32,000 bases of DNA from positions 2,469,320 through 2,501,319 of the forward strand of contig NZ_CP045687.1 in the NCBI RefSeq assembly GCF_009601705.1, read 5' to 3'. This DNA comes from Saccharolobus sp. E5-1-F. Its GTDB lineage: Archaea > Thermoproteota > Thermoprotei_A > Sulfolobales > Sulfolobaceae. Under the pieces are notes generated by a model. It did not search any database, was not told the DNA's origin, and saw only the letters and a program-made list of their open reading frames with translations. Position numbers and translations under genes: made by a program. This document shows positions 20,582 through 30,499 of the stretch, one piece after another (within the stretch, counting starts at the first letter, position 1; the number at the start of each line of letters is the position of its first letter).

Positions 20582-21373
20582 TTACATTCTTCCTAAAGCC
20601 TCCCTTAAGCCTCTCAAGTTGACTTCTACTTGCTTCCTAAGAATCTCTCCGCCTATACCTCCAATATCAATCTCATCGATATTCACAATCTCTTTACCCA
20701 ACATCTGCTCTAAGTGTTTATCTAATACGTTAGGACTTACAAGTCCGCCGTGAGCTAAGCCTATCACCTTTGGCTTTAAGGAAATTTGTAATCTTAAACT
20801 GTTAACGTAATTGTCGTAGTCTAACGGTGGTGGTGTTGTTGGTATCACGATACCGTTAAAGTATGCTCCCCCACTATCTCCCGTAAATAGAATATCATCG
20901 CTGATAACGGAAATGTGGTGTTTAGCATGGCCTGGGGTATAAATTATCTTCAAAGTCTTTCCATCTCCAAGATCAATTACCTCTCCACCCTCAACTTCCA
21001 CTACTCTATCTGGATCTATTTTTGTAAACTCTCCGTATACGTAATAAAGATCTCCCAATACCTTCTCTGAGCTCTCGTTCAATCTCTTTACACCATCGTC
21101 AGTTGTCAAATACTTTTTAAAACCACTTTTTATCATGACTTTAGCATTCTTATACCTCTCTAAAATTTCTGGTAATAGTCCAATATGATCTATATGAATA
21201 TGTGTTAATATTATTAAATCAAGTTTATCTAGGAACGAGGAGTCCATTATTGAGTTCGTAACACCAGCATCTATCAATACGTTAAATTTTTCTCCGCAGA
21301 CTACGTAAACAGTTGCAAGTTCAGGGAACTCAGGAGGACCAGCTGGTATTGCGTGTAAACCTCTACATGGCAT
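20582..21373 (-). CDS. Metallo-beta-lactamase fold hydrolase
   Basis: THIHIDHIGL, YTPGHAKHHISV, FTGDSGG, GLAHGG motifs. Confidence 0.85.
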   Translation of the reverse strand: MPCRGLHAIPAGPPEFPELATVYVVCGEKFNVLIDAGVTNSIMDSSFLDKLDLIILTHIHIDHIGLLPEILERYKNAKVMIKSGFKKYLTTDDGVKRLNESSEKVLGDLYYVYGEFTKIDPDRVVEVEGGEVIDLGDGKTLKIIYTPGHAKHHISVISDDILFTGDSGGAYFNGIVIPTTPPPLDYDNYVNSLRLQISLKPKVIGLAHGGLVSPNVLDKHLEQMLGKEIVNIDEIDIGGIGGEILRKQVEVNLRGLREALGRM

Positions 21374-21600
21374 AATTACTGTATGTAAAGCTAATTTATA
21401 ACACTGTTTGAGACCTCAAAGATGCGTTGCTCTAAAACGATAAAAAGATCATAAGTTAGTATAGTATGGTAGGGCTACGTGACAACTTAACTTGATACTT
21501 ACTTAATCGACGGTTAAGGATGATAGAAATAATATCTCATCATTGAAAGTCTATTCAATGCTGACCGATAGAAACTTTTATCTGGTTTTTTCTTAACTAT

Positions 21601-22020
21601 TTAACTACTTAAAACGCTTAGGTTTTTGCTAAACTTTTCAACTATAATTTGAAGTGTCACCATTTTCTGCAAAGTCTTTAATACTTCACTTGGAAAAAGT
21701 CTTCCCAATAATCCGATATTGACATTCATTGAGCATAAAACTAATAACTCTGAATAATCCTCGTTTATTTTCTTTACTCTAAATCCTAATTCGTATATTA
21801 TATTATCTGAAGTAAAATTATATTTTATTAAATCTATATCTGGCTTAGGTCCTTCTAGTTTACCTACAATACTTCTCTTAAATATCAGTCCACTTCTTTG
21901 TCTAGTAAAAGGCAAATATAGAATTCCCTTATCTTGAACTGGGGTAATTAGGTTAGAAAGGGCAAATATTATGTTGGGATTTCTAATGATATTATAAAGA
22001 CTATCGTTCTTTATTTTCAA
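21601..22020 (-). CDS. Hypothetical protein (139 aa)
   Basis: Open frame only; no recognised motif. Confidence 0.5.
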   Translation of the reverse strand: MKIKNDSLYNIIRNPNIIFALSNLITPVQDKGILYLPFTRQRSGLIFKRSIVGKLEGPKPDIDLIKYNFTSDNIIYELGFRVKKINEDYSELLVLCSMNVNIGLLGRLFPSEVLKTLQKMVTLQIIVEKFSKNLSVLSS

Positions 22021-22232
22021 TCTAATGGAATCAGAATAATTGAATCTGTGCTAATTCCTTCTTCTTATATATCTTTTGAAGCCATCTAGATTGTCAAAAT
22101 CTGTCTCACAACATCTATATTTTTGACCCATAATTAATAATTGATTCAAAGTATTATAAACCTTACTGACAAAATAAAGATATGTTATATAAATTTCTAT
22201 ATATTGTTTTTCGATAATCAATCAATTGATTG

Positions 22233-23078
22233 TTATTTAAACTCATACTCGTAGATTATCATAACGTCAGCAGACTTATCTATATTCCTCGCCGCAGCAA
22301 TATATTTCCTAGCCATTTCTATATTATCTGCGTAACCTTGAGTTACACAAGCGTAATTACCAAAAAATGGTATTCCAATAAACTGTATCCACCATAAAAA
22401 GTTGAAATATAACGAAGTCAAGAACACTGTGGGGTCATTCCCAAGTATTGAAAAGGAAATTAACCCTACTTGATCCAAATACGAGATTACTGCAAGGACT
22501 AACAACGATGTCCACAATACGATAGCGTTGACCCTAAACCACCAACTAATCTTACTAGTTAGTGTTTTTCTTCCTATTTTGGAACTGCGATTAAATGATT
22601 TAAGAGAGTTAAAGAACGTTCCTTGTAACATGTAAGGAGCTGTACACGTTACTGAGCATATCTGCCTAGAGCCAAATAACGCTGATAGCACTGCCGTTAC
22701 TACATAAGTTCCAATAATGCCGGTTAGCAATACGGAAGGGGATACAGGGCCATAAGTACCTAATCCACTATACCACATGTATGGGATATTCTGAATTTTA
22801 TTGGAAATAGGAGAGAAAGATGGTAAATAAAGGCTATATATCCAGTAAGCAACTATCATTAACATCAACCTTATCTTATTTTCTAGTTTTCTTTCCTCGA
22901 TAATCCTATAAAACGAAAGGATACCTAACCATATACCTATTATAATATAAAACCAAGGTGTTGAAGTAACTCCAGTTAAAATATTGTAAAGTGTATATGT
23001 TAAATTAGAACTTAGGACCTCACTAAACGTTAGAACTCCTAGAGTTAGATTTACATCTATCCCTAAAAACCACATCAA
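22233..23078 (-). CDS. Multi-pass membrane protein with conserved-looking cysteine segment
   Basis: Several TM segments; [18 protein letters not shown] and [12 protein letters not shown]. Faintly reminiscent of membrane iron-sulfur (NapH/NosR-like) proteins, but not assignable. Confidence 0.7.
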   Translation of the reverse strand: MMWFLGIDVNLTLGVLTFSEVLSSNLTYTLYNILTGVTSTPWFYIIIGIWLGILSFYRIIEERKLENKIRLMLMIVAYWIYSLYLPSFSPISNKIQNIPYMWYSGLGTYGPVSPSVLLTGIIGTYVVTAVLSALFGSRQICSVTCTAPYMLQGTFFNSLKSFNRSSKIGRKTLTSKISWWFRVNAIVLWTSLLVLAVISYLDQVGLISFSILGNDPTVFLTSLYFNFLWWIQFIGIPFFGNYACVTQGYADNIEMARKYIAAARNIDKSADVMIIYEYEFK

Positions 23079-23164
23079 TATGAAAGTTAATAATATGAGA
23101 GTAAAGGTCAGTTTGGAGTTTTTAAGATAATTGTCTTCAATAGATTTTTGACTGAATTTTAGAT

Positions 23165-23560
23165 CTAAAAATTGACCATATTGATGAAAATCAACAAACT
23201 TATCTCAAAGAGGGATAAATTATCCATGACATAGTAGTAAAGGAGAGATATTTCAAATATTAGAAAGATAATTATTAGCTCTAATCCTAACCCTATCTCT
23301 TGCCTCTGGTTAAATCTATTCTTGTATAAATGGTTGTGATACATCAAACCTACATAATAGGAGATTAACAACGAGGATAGTAGATCAGCATAAACTTGGT
23401 TAACATAAATCAGAATAGCTGAAAAAGGATAAAGTACTGAGAAAAAGATTATGGCGTTAAACGTGATTTTTTTCATCTGCTTCCGGCTAGATAATATAAG
23501 GTATAGATTTGCTATAAGAAAGAAACCTAAAGAGTAATAATAAAAAATTTCTATACGCAT
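23165..23560 (-). CDS. Small multi-pass membrane protein (131 aa)
   Basis: Strongly hydrophobic; start overlaps the end of the upstream DUF929-like gene by 10 nt. Confidence 0.6.
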   Translation of the reverse strand: MRIEIFYYYSLGFFLIANLYLILSSRKQMKKITFNAIIFFSVLYPFSAILIYVNQVYADLLSSLLISYYVGLMYHNHLYKNRFNQRQEIGLGLELIIIFLIFEISLLYYYVMDNLSLFEISLLIFINMVNF

Positions 23561-24411
23561 TTTTTCTCCCCTTCTATTATATATTCTAAACTATAACTTT
23601 GTACATTTTCATTATCCATAGTCGTATAGACACTGAAATTTTGTTGAGGATCATATGAATAATCTTGGGTGAAGTGAGAGCATACACTTAAAGGCTTGTC
23701 TCCGTCAACCATACAAATATATTTAGTTATTAAATTAGCTTGATAGTAAATTTGCTTATAAATTGGACTATTAGGATTATGCAGTTGCTCTACTACATAA
23801 GTCCAGTTTTTACCAGACAATAATTTCGGATTTATCGTAGTCCCAACTTGGTAGTAACATCCTATAATTAAAAAGGGAATAGATAAGTTCCCATATTTTT
23901 CCCACATGGAATAAACCGTAGTCGGAACCTTATCTAAATACTGACCTTGCCTATTTTCATACTCAATTCCTACGAATGAAATATAAGGACTACTATAACT
24001 AGCATTGGCAAAAGTGAAAGTGGGTACGTTTGGATATACGTCGATTGAGCTAGATAGCATGAATTGAAGATTTGAAAAATTACCGAATCTTAGAAGGGCT
24101 ATTATTAAAGCCCATCTTTCAGCCCCGCAATATGGACACCACTCCGCTCCAACAAAAATTACCGTTGGTTTATCATTAGAAGAGAAATTATAAGGGAGAA
24201 TATCTAAATTAGTTTCGGTTACTGATATATTATATCCTTGACCACTCAATTGAACTAACTGCGTGTATAAATCTGAAGGAATTGATCTACCTATTAATGA
24301 AGAAATCTCCGGTAATTTACTAGTGTTCATGAGGGAAATTGCTATAGCAGTTACGACTAATGAAATAAAGAAAACAATAACTATTATTCTAATAATCTGT
24401 TTGTATCTCAT
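23551..24411 (-). CDS. Membrane-anchored thioredoxin-fold protein, DUF929-like
   Basis: N-terminal [34 protein letters not shown]. Confidence 0.8.
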   Translation of the reverse strand: MRYKQIIRIIVIVFFISLVVTAIAISLMNTSKLPEISSLIGRSIPSDLYTQLVQLSGQGYNISVTETNLDILPYNFSSNDKPTVIFVGAEWCPYCGAERWALIIALLRFGNFSNLQFMLSSSIDVYPNVPTFTFANASYSSPYISFVGIEYENRQGQYLDKVPTTVYSMWEKYGNLSIPFLIIGCYYQVGTTINPKLLSGKNWTYVVEQLHNPNSPIYKQIYYQANLITKYICMVDGDKPLSVCSHFTQDYSYDPQQNFSVYTTMDNENVQSYSLEYIIEGEKKCV

Positions 24412-24464
24412 ATATTAGTTCCAATTAAGATTACTCTTTTAATATGCGTTAGAATTTTTCGAAC

Positions 24465-24480
24465 ACATCTTTAAAGATGT
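24465..24480. promoter_or_regulatory. 16-bp perfect palindrome ACATCTTTAAAGATGT in a divergent promoter region
   Basis: Direct reading; lies between the DUF929-like gene and the exported protein gene. Confidence 0.5.
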
Positions 24481-24510
24481 AAATCTAGAATCGTTAGCTA
24501 GGTTAAAAAA

Positions 24511-25584
24511 ATGAAAAACATAAAAAGAGCTGTATCTAATGCAGTTTTCGCAGGAGTAACAATAGTTTTAGTAATAATAGCAGCTGTAGGATTTGCATTG
24601 TACTTTACTAAACCTACTACTCCTTCAATACCCACAACTTCCGTATCTAGTATAACCGTGACCTCCACTACTACAAGTACAACTACATCAATAGCCACCT
24701 CTACTACAACTCAAACTGCAACACAGACTACAACTCAGACATTTACAACAACTCTAACAAGGCCTATAACTGTTAACGCTAGTGGAGCCTTCTATAACGG
24801 CCAAGTAATAACTTTCCTATATACTGCCCAATTTGAATGCACCCCTCCCGCTACCACATTCTTCCCTAATGCCGTTAATCAAAGCAAAGTTGCAATGGGT
24901 TGTGAAGTAGGTGCTGGCAATATATCAGCATTTCCAAAGGGGGCTGCTCCAGTATTCGTACTAGTACCAGCATTTGCGGGACTATCCATATTTGGCGTTA
25001 CTAAACTAGGCGCTACCCCACAAGGATTCCCTACGTTTACATATAATAACGTAACATACACGATATTAACACAATGTGGTGCTGCTCTTACTGAAACTGC
25101 TTGTCCAGATCACATGAGCCTAATATACTCTCCAGCATTTACTGTGGTTGAGCAGTACTTAGGGATTAAAAACGGTGTATTCGGATTGCCTGAGGGCGTA
25201 TTACCAACTCCTGCTCATAGTCACTTAGTGACATTCGCTACTAACACCTCAATACCATGGTATATAGTCGTAGTTTTAGTATTCGATCCCAACATATTCC
25301 CTAATCCAATAACTGGCCAATGCCAAGCCATAGTTCCATCTAATGTATCTAATCCCACAGAAAACTGCTTAAACAACATACAAGCGCTAGAGAGAGCAAT
25401 GAGTACTTATGATAGTGCTGTATCTGCTGCCAATGCAAATAATCCAATATGGCAAGCATTAGGAAAGCCTGGGGTAGAGGTTGTAGTACCGGGAATTACT
25501 TCACCATCTCAGTTATTTAATACTACTAACTCCAATATGGTTCTTTACTTCAGTGATCCTGCAGTTTATCCATATCCAATCTAA
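24511..25584 (+). CDS. Exported or membrane-anchored extracellular protein with Ser/Thr-rich linker
   Basis: N-terminal TM (VFAGVTIVLVIIAAVGFALYF), then a long TTTSTTTS...TQTATQTTTQT linker and a Cys-containing ectodomain with many N-x-S/T sequons. Confidence 0.85.
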   Translation: MKNIKRAVSNAVFAGVTIVLVIIAAVGFALYFTKPTTPSIPTTSVSSITVTSTTTSTTTSIATSTTTQTATQTTTQTFTTTLTRPITVNASGAFYNGQVITFLYTAQFECTPPATTFFPNAVNQSKVAMGCEVGAGNISAFPKGAAPVFVLVPAFAGLSIFGVTKLGATPQGFPTFTYNNVTYTILTQCGAALTETACPDHMSLIYSPAFTVVEQYLGIKNGVFGLPEGVLPTPAHSHLVTFATNTSIPWYIVVVLVFDPNIFPNPITGQCQAIVPSNVSNPTENCLNNIQALERAMSTYDSAVSAANANNPIWQALGKPGVEVVVPGITSPSQLFNTTNSNMVLYFSDPAVYPYPI

Positions 25585-25635
25585 TCTTAAGGCAGAAATT
25601 TTTTATTTTTTCTCGTTTCTTCAAATCTTTTTTAG

Positions 25636-26202
25636 CTAATCCATCCAGTAGAGCTCATAAGGTGATAGTTCTTTTGAGTTACAAAAGTCACAATATTCGG
25701 CGTCTTCTTCATTTATACTTCCACAAATCATACAAACCTTGTAAGTTCCACCAATTCTGTAACCCGATTTTACAATAAAATTCCTTATTAGTCTTATATT
25801 TTTGTGTCGAGTTAAAAATTTAAATAGCAACTTATCGCCATATATTATGACGAACTTTCCGAAAGAGGCCTTATCGTAAATACCAATTATTAAATTTTTA
25901 TCCTTTAGACTGAACTCAAATTTATCTCTCCTTAAAAGAGCGTTTTTTACTAAAATTCTTTCGTTAATAATTAGAAAACTATAAGTTTCTAGAAGCAAAA
26001 TTAGTATAAGGAGTATTAAGGACATAAGATAAACCATAAAACCAGTTAATAGTGGGAGCATAATATCTACCTTTTTGACAATTATTGAAAACACGGAGTA
26101 GCTGAACAGGGAAACTCCTACTAACATAAAACCAAGGTGAAAAGCCATAATAGAGGGATGGAATTCAATTAGGGATAAGATCTTAATTATCTCCCTCTCC
26201 AT
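25636..26202 (-). CDS. Membrane protein with PH-like segment and C-terminal zinc ribbon
   Basis: Two hydrophobic segments, beta-rich middle (ILVKNALLRRDKFEFSLKDKN), C-terminal CMICGSINEEDAEYCDFC. Confidence 0.7.
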   Translation of the reverse strand: MEREIIKILSLIEFHPSIMAFHLGFMLVGVSLFSYSVFSIIVKKVDIMLPLLTGFMVYLMSLILLILILLLETYSFLIINERILVKNALLRRDKFEFSLKDKNLIIGIYDKASFGKFVIIYGDKLLFKFLTRHKNIRLIRNFIVKSGYRIGGTYKVCMICGSINEEDAEYCDFCNSKELSPYELYWMD

Positions 26203-26297
26203 AAGAATTAATGTGCCTACTCAAAATTAAAAGAAAATTGGTCTAGGCTAAACTCTATTGATAAACATTTAAATACCTAACAATATTTTACTTATTC

Positions 26298-27212
26298 ATG
26301 GAAAAGAAGATATTAGGATGGACGAACGAGAAGATATCCCCATTAATTTTAGGTTCCTGGGAATTTGGCACACCTTCAATAATTGATGAGACCAATGCTA
26401 TGAAAACTATTCAAAAGGCAATAGAGGTAGGAGTCAACGCCATAGACACTGCAGAATCTTATGGAAATGGTCTTTCAGAAACAATTATTGGAAAAGCCAT
26501 AAGCAAATTCAAGAGGGAAGATTTATTCATAATAACTAAAGTATCAATAGACCACCTAAGATATGATGATGTTTTAAGAGCTTGTGAGGGAAGTTTAAGA
26601 AGACTTAATACTTCATACATAGACCTATACCTTGTCCATTGGCCTAATCATTACGTTCCAATAAGGGAAACCGCTAAGGCAATGGAGAGACTATTCAGCG
26701 AAGGGAAAATTAGATATATTGGCCTAAGCAACTTTTCCCTTCCCCTATTGAGAGAATTTAGGGAACATCTATCTAAGACGGACGTTGCAGCAAATGAATT
26801 ACACTATAACGTTTTATTCAGAGATGTTGAAAAGGAGGTTCTGCCTTACATGTTAAAGGAAAATATTCCCTTGTTAGCATATGACGCTTTAGGACTGGGT
26901 TATCTGATAGGGAGAAAAGAGATCAGAAATGAGTATAAATGGTACGTTCTCGCTAGGGAAGCTTACGTTAAAAACTTAGAACCACTTGTGGAGGAAATAT
27001 TTTCAATTGCTAAGGAATTAGGCAAAACTTCCGCTCAAGTAGTTCTAAATTGGTTAGTCAGTAAGGATAACGTATTTGCAATTTTCAATACTACCAAAGA
27101 AGATCACCTTAAGGAGAATTTAGGTAGCCTAGGATGGTCATTAAGAGATAGTGACTTGAGGAGATTAGATGAAGCAGTAAAGAAAGTCGTAATAGATTAT
27201 TTTGCAAGGTAA
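26298..27212 (+). CDS. Aldo/keto reductase
   Basis: NAIDTAESYGNGLSETIIGKAI, YIDLYLVHWPNH, GKIRYIGLSNFS. Confidence 0.93.
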   Translation: MEKKILGWTNEKISPLILGSWEFGTPSIIDETNAMKTIQKAIEVGVNAIDTAESYGNGLSETIIGKAISKFKREDLFIITKVSIDHLRYDDVLRACEGSLRRLNTSYIDLYLVHWPNHYVPIRETAKAMERLFSEGKIRYIGLSNFSLPLLREFREHLSKTDVAANELHYNVLFRDVEKEVLPYMLKENIPLLAYDALGLGYLIGRKEIRNEYKWYVLAREAYVKNLEPLVEEIFSIAKELGKTSAQVVLNWLVSKDNVFAIFNTTKEDHLKENLGSLGWSLRDSDLRRLDEAVKKVVIDYFAR

Positions 27213-27268
27213 TTCAAACCTTTTTATTTGACATATTACTTTTTTATCTTATATTACTCGAATAGTTT

Positions 27269-27694
27269 ATGGGTAGTCTATTTGAAAAAGATCCAGAATT
27301 AAAGAGACTCTATGAGAAAGGGCTTGAAGTTAGGAAAAAAGTCATGGGAAAAGAATACGTGGAAAAATCGCTAAGTCAAGCTACAGACTTCAATAGGGAA
27401 CTTCAAGAAATGGTGACAATTTTCGCGTGGGGTTTAATATGGACTAGAGACGATGTCATCCCAAGGAAGATAAGAAGTTTAATAAACATTGGAATATTAA
27501 GCGCTCTAAATAGGCAAAACGAACTTAAATTGCATGTTAAGGGTGCCATAAGAAACGGTTGTACTGAGGAGGAAATAAAGGAAGTATTATTACACGTTGG
27601 AGTGTATTGTGGTCTACCTGCAGCCATGGAGAGCTTTAGAATAGCACAAGAGGCTATTAAGGAGCTTAGGGAAGAGGAAAAAAAGAAAGAATAA
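27269..27694 (+). CDS. Carboxymuconolactone decarboxylase (CMD) family protein
   Basis: LINIGILSALNRQNELKLHVKGAIRNGCTEEEIKEVLLHVGVYCGLPAAMESFRIA. Confidence 0.9.
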   Translation: MGSLFEKDPELKRLYEKGLEVRKKVMGKEYVEKSLSQATDFNRELQEMVTIFAWGLIWTRDDVIPRKIRSLINIGILSALNRQNELKLHVKGAIRNGCTEEEIKEVLLHVGVYCGLPAAMESFRIAQEAIKELREEEKKKE

Positions 27695-27736
27695 AACATA
27701 AAGACAGTTAAAAAGAAAGTAGAGGTTTGGGTTAGT

Positions 27737-28156
27737 ATGGATCTAACAATTAGAAAAAATGGCACTATTCCTTTTACTAAAGGTGATCCAAGATTTTTCA
27801 CTGGGAATGTAATAATTGAACAAGTGCATGATTCAGAAGAACCGTCTAGAGTTACTTCCGCTATTGTAACATTTGAGCCAGGTGCGAGAACAAATTGGCA
27901 CTATCATCCATTAGGACAGTTATTAATAGTTATCTACGGAACGGGGTTAATTCAAACTTGGGGTAACCCTCCTAGAAAAATAAAGGCAGGAGATGTCATA
28001 TGGACTCCGCCTAATGTAAAACATTGGCATGGTGCTACGGCAACGACTGGAATGACTCATATAGCTATACAAGAGAAACTGAACGGTAAGACAGCGGAAT
28101 GGCTTGAAAAAGTCAGTGATAAGGAGTACGAAGAAGCACAGTCTGCTTCTGAGTGA
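27737..28156 (+). CDS. Cupin-domain protein
   Basis: FEPGARTNWHYHPLGQLLIVIYGTG, AGDVIWTPPNVKHWHGA. Confidence 0.9.
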   Translation: MDLTIRKNGTIPFTKGDPRFFTGNVIIEQVHDSEEPSRVTSAIVTFEPGARTNWHYHPLGQLLIVIYGTGLIQTWGNPPRKIKAGDVIWTPPNVKHWHGATATTGMTHIAIQEKLNGKTAEWLEKVSDKEYEEAQSASE

Positions 28157-28255
28157 AAACTATTTATTTGACGCATTCTTCATTAATTAAAAGTTAGCTG
28201 CCAAACTTTTTATAATATAAAAGTTTATATTTTAAGAGAGAGATATGTTAAATCT

Positions 28256-28264
28256 GGAGGTGAG
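28256..28264 (+). promoter_or_regulatory. Strong Shine-Dalgarno GGAGGTGAG
   Basis: Complementary to a crenarchaeal 16S 3' end; 8 nt (from the end of GGTGA) before ACG 28272, which begins the extended radical SAM frame. Confidence 0.7.
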
Positions 28265-28271
28265 TTAAAAG

Positions 28272-29873
28272 ACGTATGATGTAGTATTAACTTCTGATAG
28301 GGGTACATTTACGGATTATGGTGGGATAGCTCCATTAGGTTATGTAGCTTGTTTACCTTATAGATTAGTTCCGAGATTTTTCATGGATAAGATATTCACG
28401 CCTCCAATCCCTACAGATAAAGAGGGTAAAGCCATAGTAGCACCTTATCCTCTTAGGAAAGTTGAAGCTGTTTTGGCGAGAAGTGGATTTAACGTAATAG
28501 TTACAACTCCAGAAAAACTAGAGAAGGTTGTAACTAGTAAGGGAACTAAGGTAATTGGTATTAATGTTCATGACCCGAGAGGTATAGAACCAGTTAGTGC
28601 TAAATTGAGCATGATTTTTGGAGGAGGAGAGACGTGGACTGCTAAATTCTTTGACGAATTAGGTGAAATAGTAAGCAGGTTAAAGGAAAAATATCATCTT
28701 AAAGTTGTAATAGGAGGTGCAGGTTCTTGGCAATTTGAAAAAGATCCTCCAAGTTGGGCAGATGTAATATTTTTGGGACATGCTGAAGTCGACTTCCCAG
28801 AAGTGGTTAAGAGATTAGAGGAAGGAGAAGCATTACCCAAGATAATAAGGGGAAAATACCCTAGGAAATTGGAGGATATTCCACCAATTATTAGCCCAGC
28901 TAGAGGTGGTGAAGTTCAAATTACTAGGGGATGTCCTAGAGGCTGTTGGTTCTGTTCAGTAACTCCGGATACATTCATTTCTTTCCCAATAGACTACATA
29001 ATGAAAGAGGTACAAGTTAATATGAAAGCTGGAATTAAGGATGTTAGTCTAATAACTGATGACATGTTACTATATGGAACTAAAAGGCTTAATGAGGTTA
29101 ATCATGATGCCATAATAAGGTTATACACTGAGTTGAAGAGAGCTGGAGTGGACTATATAAATTTTGCCCATATTTCCGCCGCACCAGTCAAGTTAAGTCC
29201 TAAGACTGTTAAGGCTATGAGTGAGATAGCTGAATGGAATGAGGAAAGGGCTGTTTCTCCAGTGGTAGGACTTGAGACTGGAAGTGAAAAAATATTTAAT
29301 AAGTATATGAAAATGAAGGCATTTCCATGGAACTACACTCATTGGAAGGATTTAATAGTCGAAGCAACTGCAATAATGAACGAAAGTTACATCTTCCCTT
29401 GTTATACGATGACAATAGGATATCCAGAAGAGACTGACAAAGACGTAGAGGATTCAATAAAGTTAGTAGAATACATCATAGATCATGAACCAATTGCATG
29501 GATATTCCCATTGCCAGTTATACCAATGGGATTATCTAAAATTAGGGATAATCCTTTACCTGCATTAGAGAGATTACCATCTAGATATTGGGATTTGTTA
29601 TATCTCTCATGGAAATATGATTTGAAGATTACTAGAAGACTTGGAAATGCAATAGCGTATACTAGTAAGAATCCATTCATAAGATCAATTGTAACGTATA
29701 TGATCGATAAAGTGTTTAACACTATAGAGTGGTATTTTGAAAGACTTAAGGAAACTAAAGGAAAGTCAGCCTTAGAGTATAAAGACCTAAATCTAGATAC
29801 TACTTATGGCGTTATTTGGTCAATATTTCAACTATTCAAACTAGCTTTCTCTTCTTCCTCACTAAGTAAGTGA
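28272..29873 (+). CDS. Radical SAM protein with N-terminal B12-binding-like domain; N-terminus extended relative to the ORF track
   Basis: ITRGCPRGCWFCSV (CxxxCxxC), GGAGSWQF, GLETGSE. The 37 codons upstream of ATG 28383 are open and family-like (TYDVVLTSDRGTFTDYGGIAPLGYVACLPYRLVPRFF), with no ATG/GTG/TTG among them. Confidence 0.85.
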   Translation, partial: TYDVVLTSDRGTFTDYGGIAPLGYVACLPYRLVPRFFMDKIFTPPIPTDKEGKAIVAPYPLRKVEAVLARSGFNVIVTTPEKLEKVVTSKGTKVIGINVHDPRGIEPVSAKLSMIFGGGETWTAKFFDELGEIVSRLKEKYHLKVVIGGAGSWQFEKDPPSWADVIFLGHAEVDFPEVVKRLEEGEALPKIIRGKYPRKLEDIPPIISPARGGEVQITRGCPRGCWFCSVTPDTFISFPIDYIMKEVQVNMKAGIKDVSLITDDMLLYGTKRLNEVNHDAIIRLYTELKRAGVDYINFAHISAAPVKLSPKTVKAMSEIAEWNEERAVSPVVGLETGSEKIFNKYMKMKAFPWNYTHWKDLIVEATAIMNESYIFPCYTMTIGYPEETDKDVEDSIKLVEYIIDHEPIAWIFPLPVIPMGLSKIRDNPLPALERLPSRYWDLLYLSWKYDLKITRRLGNAIAYTSKNPFIRSIVTYMIDKVFNTIEWYFERLKETKGKSALEYKDLNLDTTYGVIWSIFQLFKLAFSSSSLSK

Positions 29874-29917
29874 ATGATTCGGGAAAAAATAATTTCAACT
29901 TTTAGTATAGATTTTTT

Positions 29918-30499
29918 CTAGAACTGCTTTGTTTTCAGAATTTGACTTAATCCTAATAATATAAGATAAGCACCAAGCAATCCGATAGAACTAACAAACA
30001 TCTCTGAAAATATTTCAATCGGTTCACTATGTGCAATACCAATTATAAACGCAACTAAAACCCACGTTAAAATCAATGTTCCTCCCCTCTTCATGGTTCT
30101 ATTATTATAGATATTACTGGCCCCTAGGTATCCTAGTCCTATTAAAAATACTCCCGCCAGTGACACCAAATCTCCACCTATCACAATTCTACCAGCTATA
30201 GGGATAACACCTTGTTGTGACTTAATTAGGATAAGAGCTATTAAGCCAGCTAAGACTAATATGTAGCCTACTACTGCAATAGTACCTCCAAGCGTTCCTT
30301 TATTTAACCGCTTTCCAGAAGTGGTCAGTAATTTAAATCCCTCTCTTATTCTTAATAAAGAGAGTATAAATATGGGCAATAAAACTGCCTCAGTAATTAA
30401 GGCAATCTCCGCGTAAACCCCTGAACGGGCTAGCATGCTATTAATTGTTAGAGGTAAATGAAACACTGAGATTAATATTAGGAAAATTACAGCTGACAT
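29918..30499 (-). CDS. Multi-pass membrane protein of unknown function
   Basis: 193 aa, six hydrophobic segments. Confidence 0.65.
   Translation of the reverse strand: MSAVIFLILISVFHLPLTINSMLARSGVYAEIALITEAVLLPIFILSLLRIREGFKLLTTSGKRLNKGTLGGTIAVVGYILVLAGLIALILIKSQQGVIPIAGRIVIGGDLVSLAGVFLIGLGYLGASNIYNNRTMKRGGTLILTWVLVAFIIGIAHSEPIEIFSEMFVSSIGLLGAYLILLGLSQILKTKQF

Noticed and set aside
21521-21570. Possible second C/D box sRNA (GGATGATAG ... AATGCTGA; reverse strand AATGATGAG)
   Set aside because: Only one acceptable D box; the internal C' and D' do not fit the consensus or 12-nt spacing on either strand.
24498-25061. Two reverse ORFs over the exported protein gene
   Set aside because: Val/Asn-rich mirror of Thr/Ala-rich coding; no independent support.
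27403-27801. Reverse 132-aa ORF spanning the CMD-cupin junction
   Set aside because: Both sense genes have clear motifs; this ORF is an antisense artefact.
29483-29722. Reverse 79-aa ORF
   Set aside because: Antisense to the radical SAM gene.
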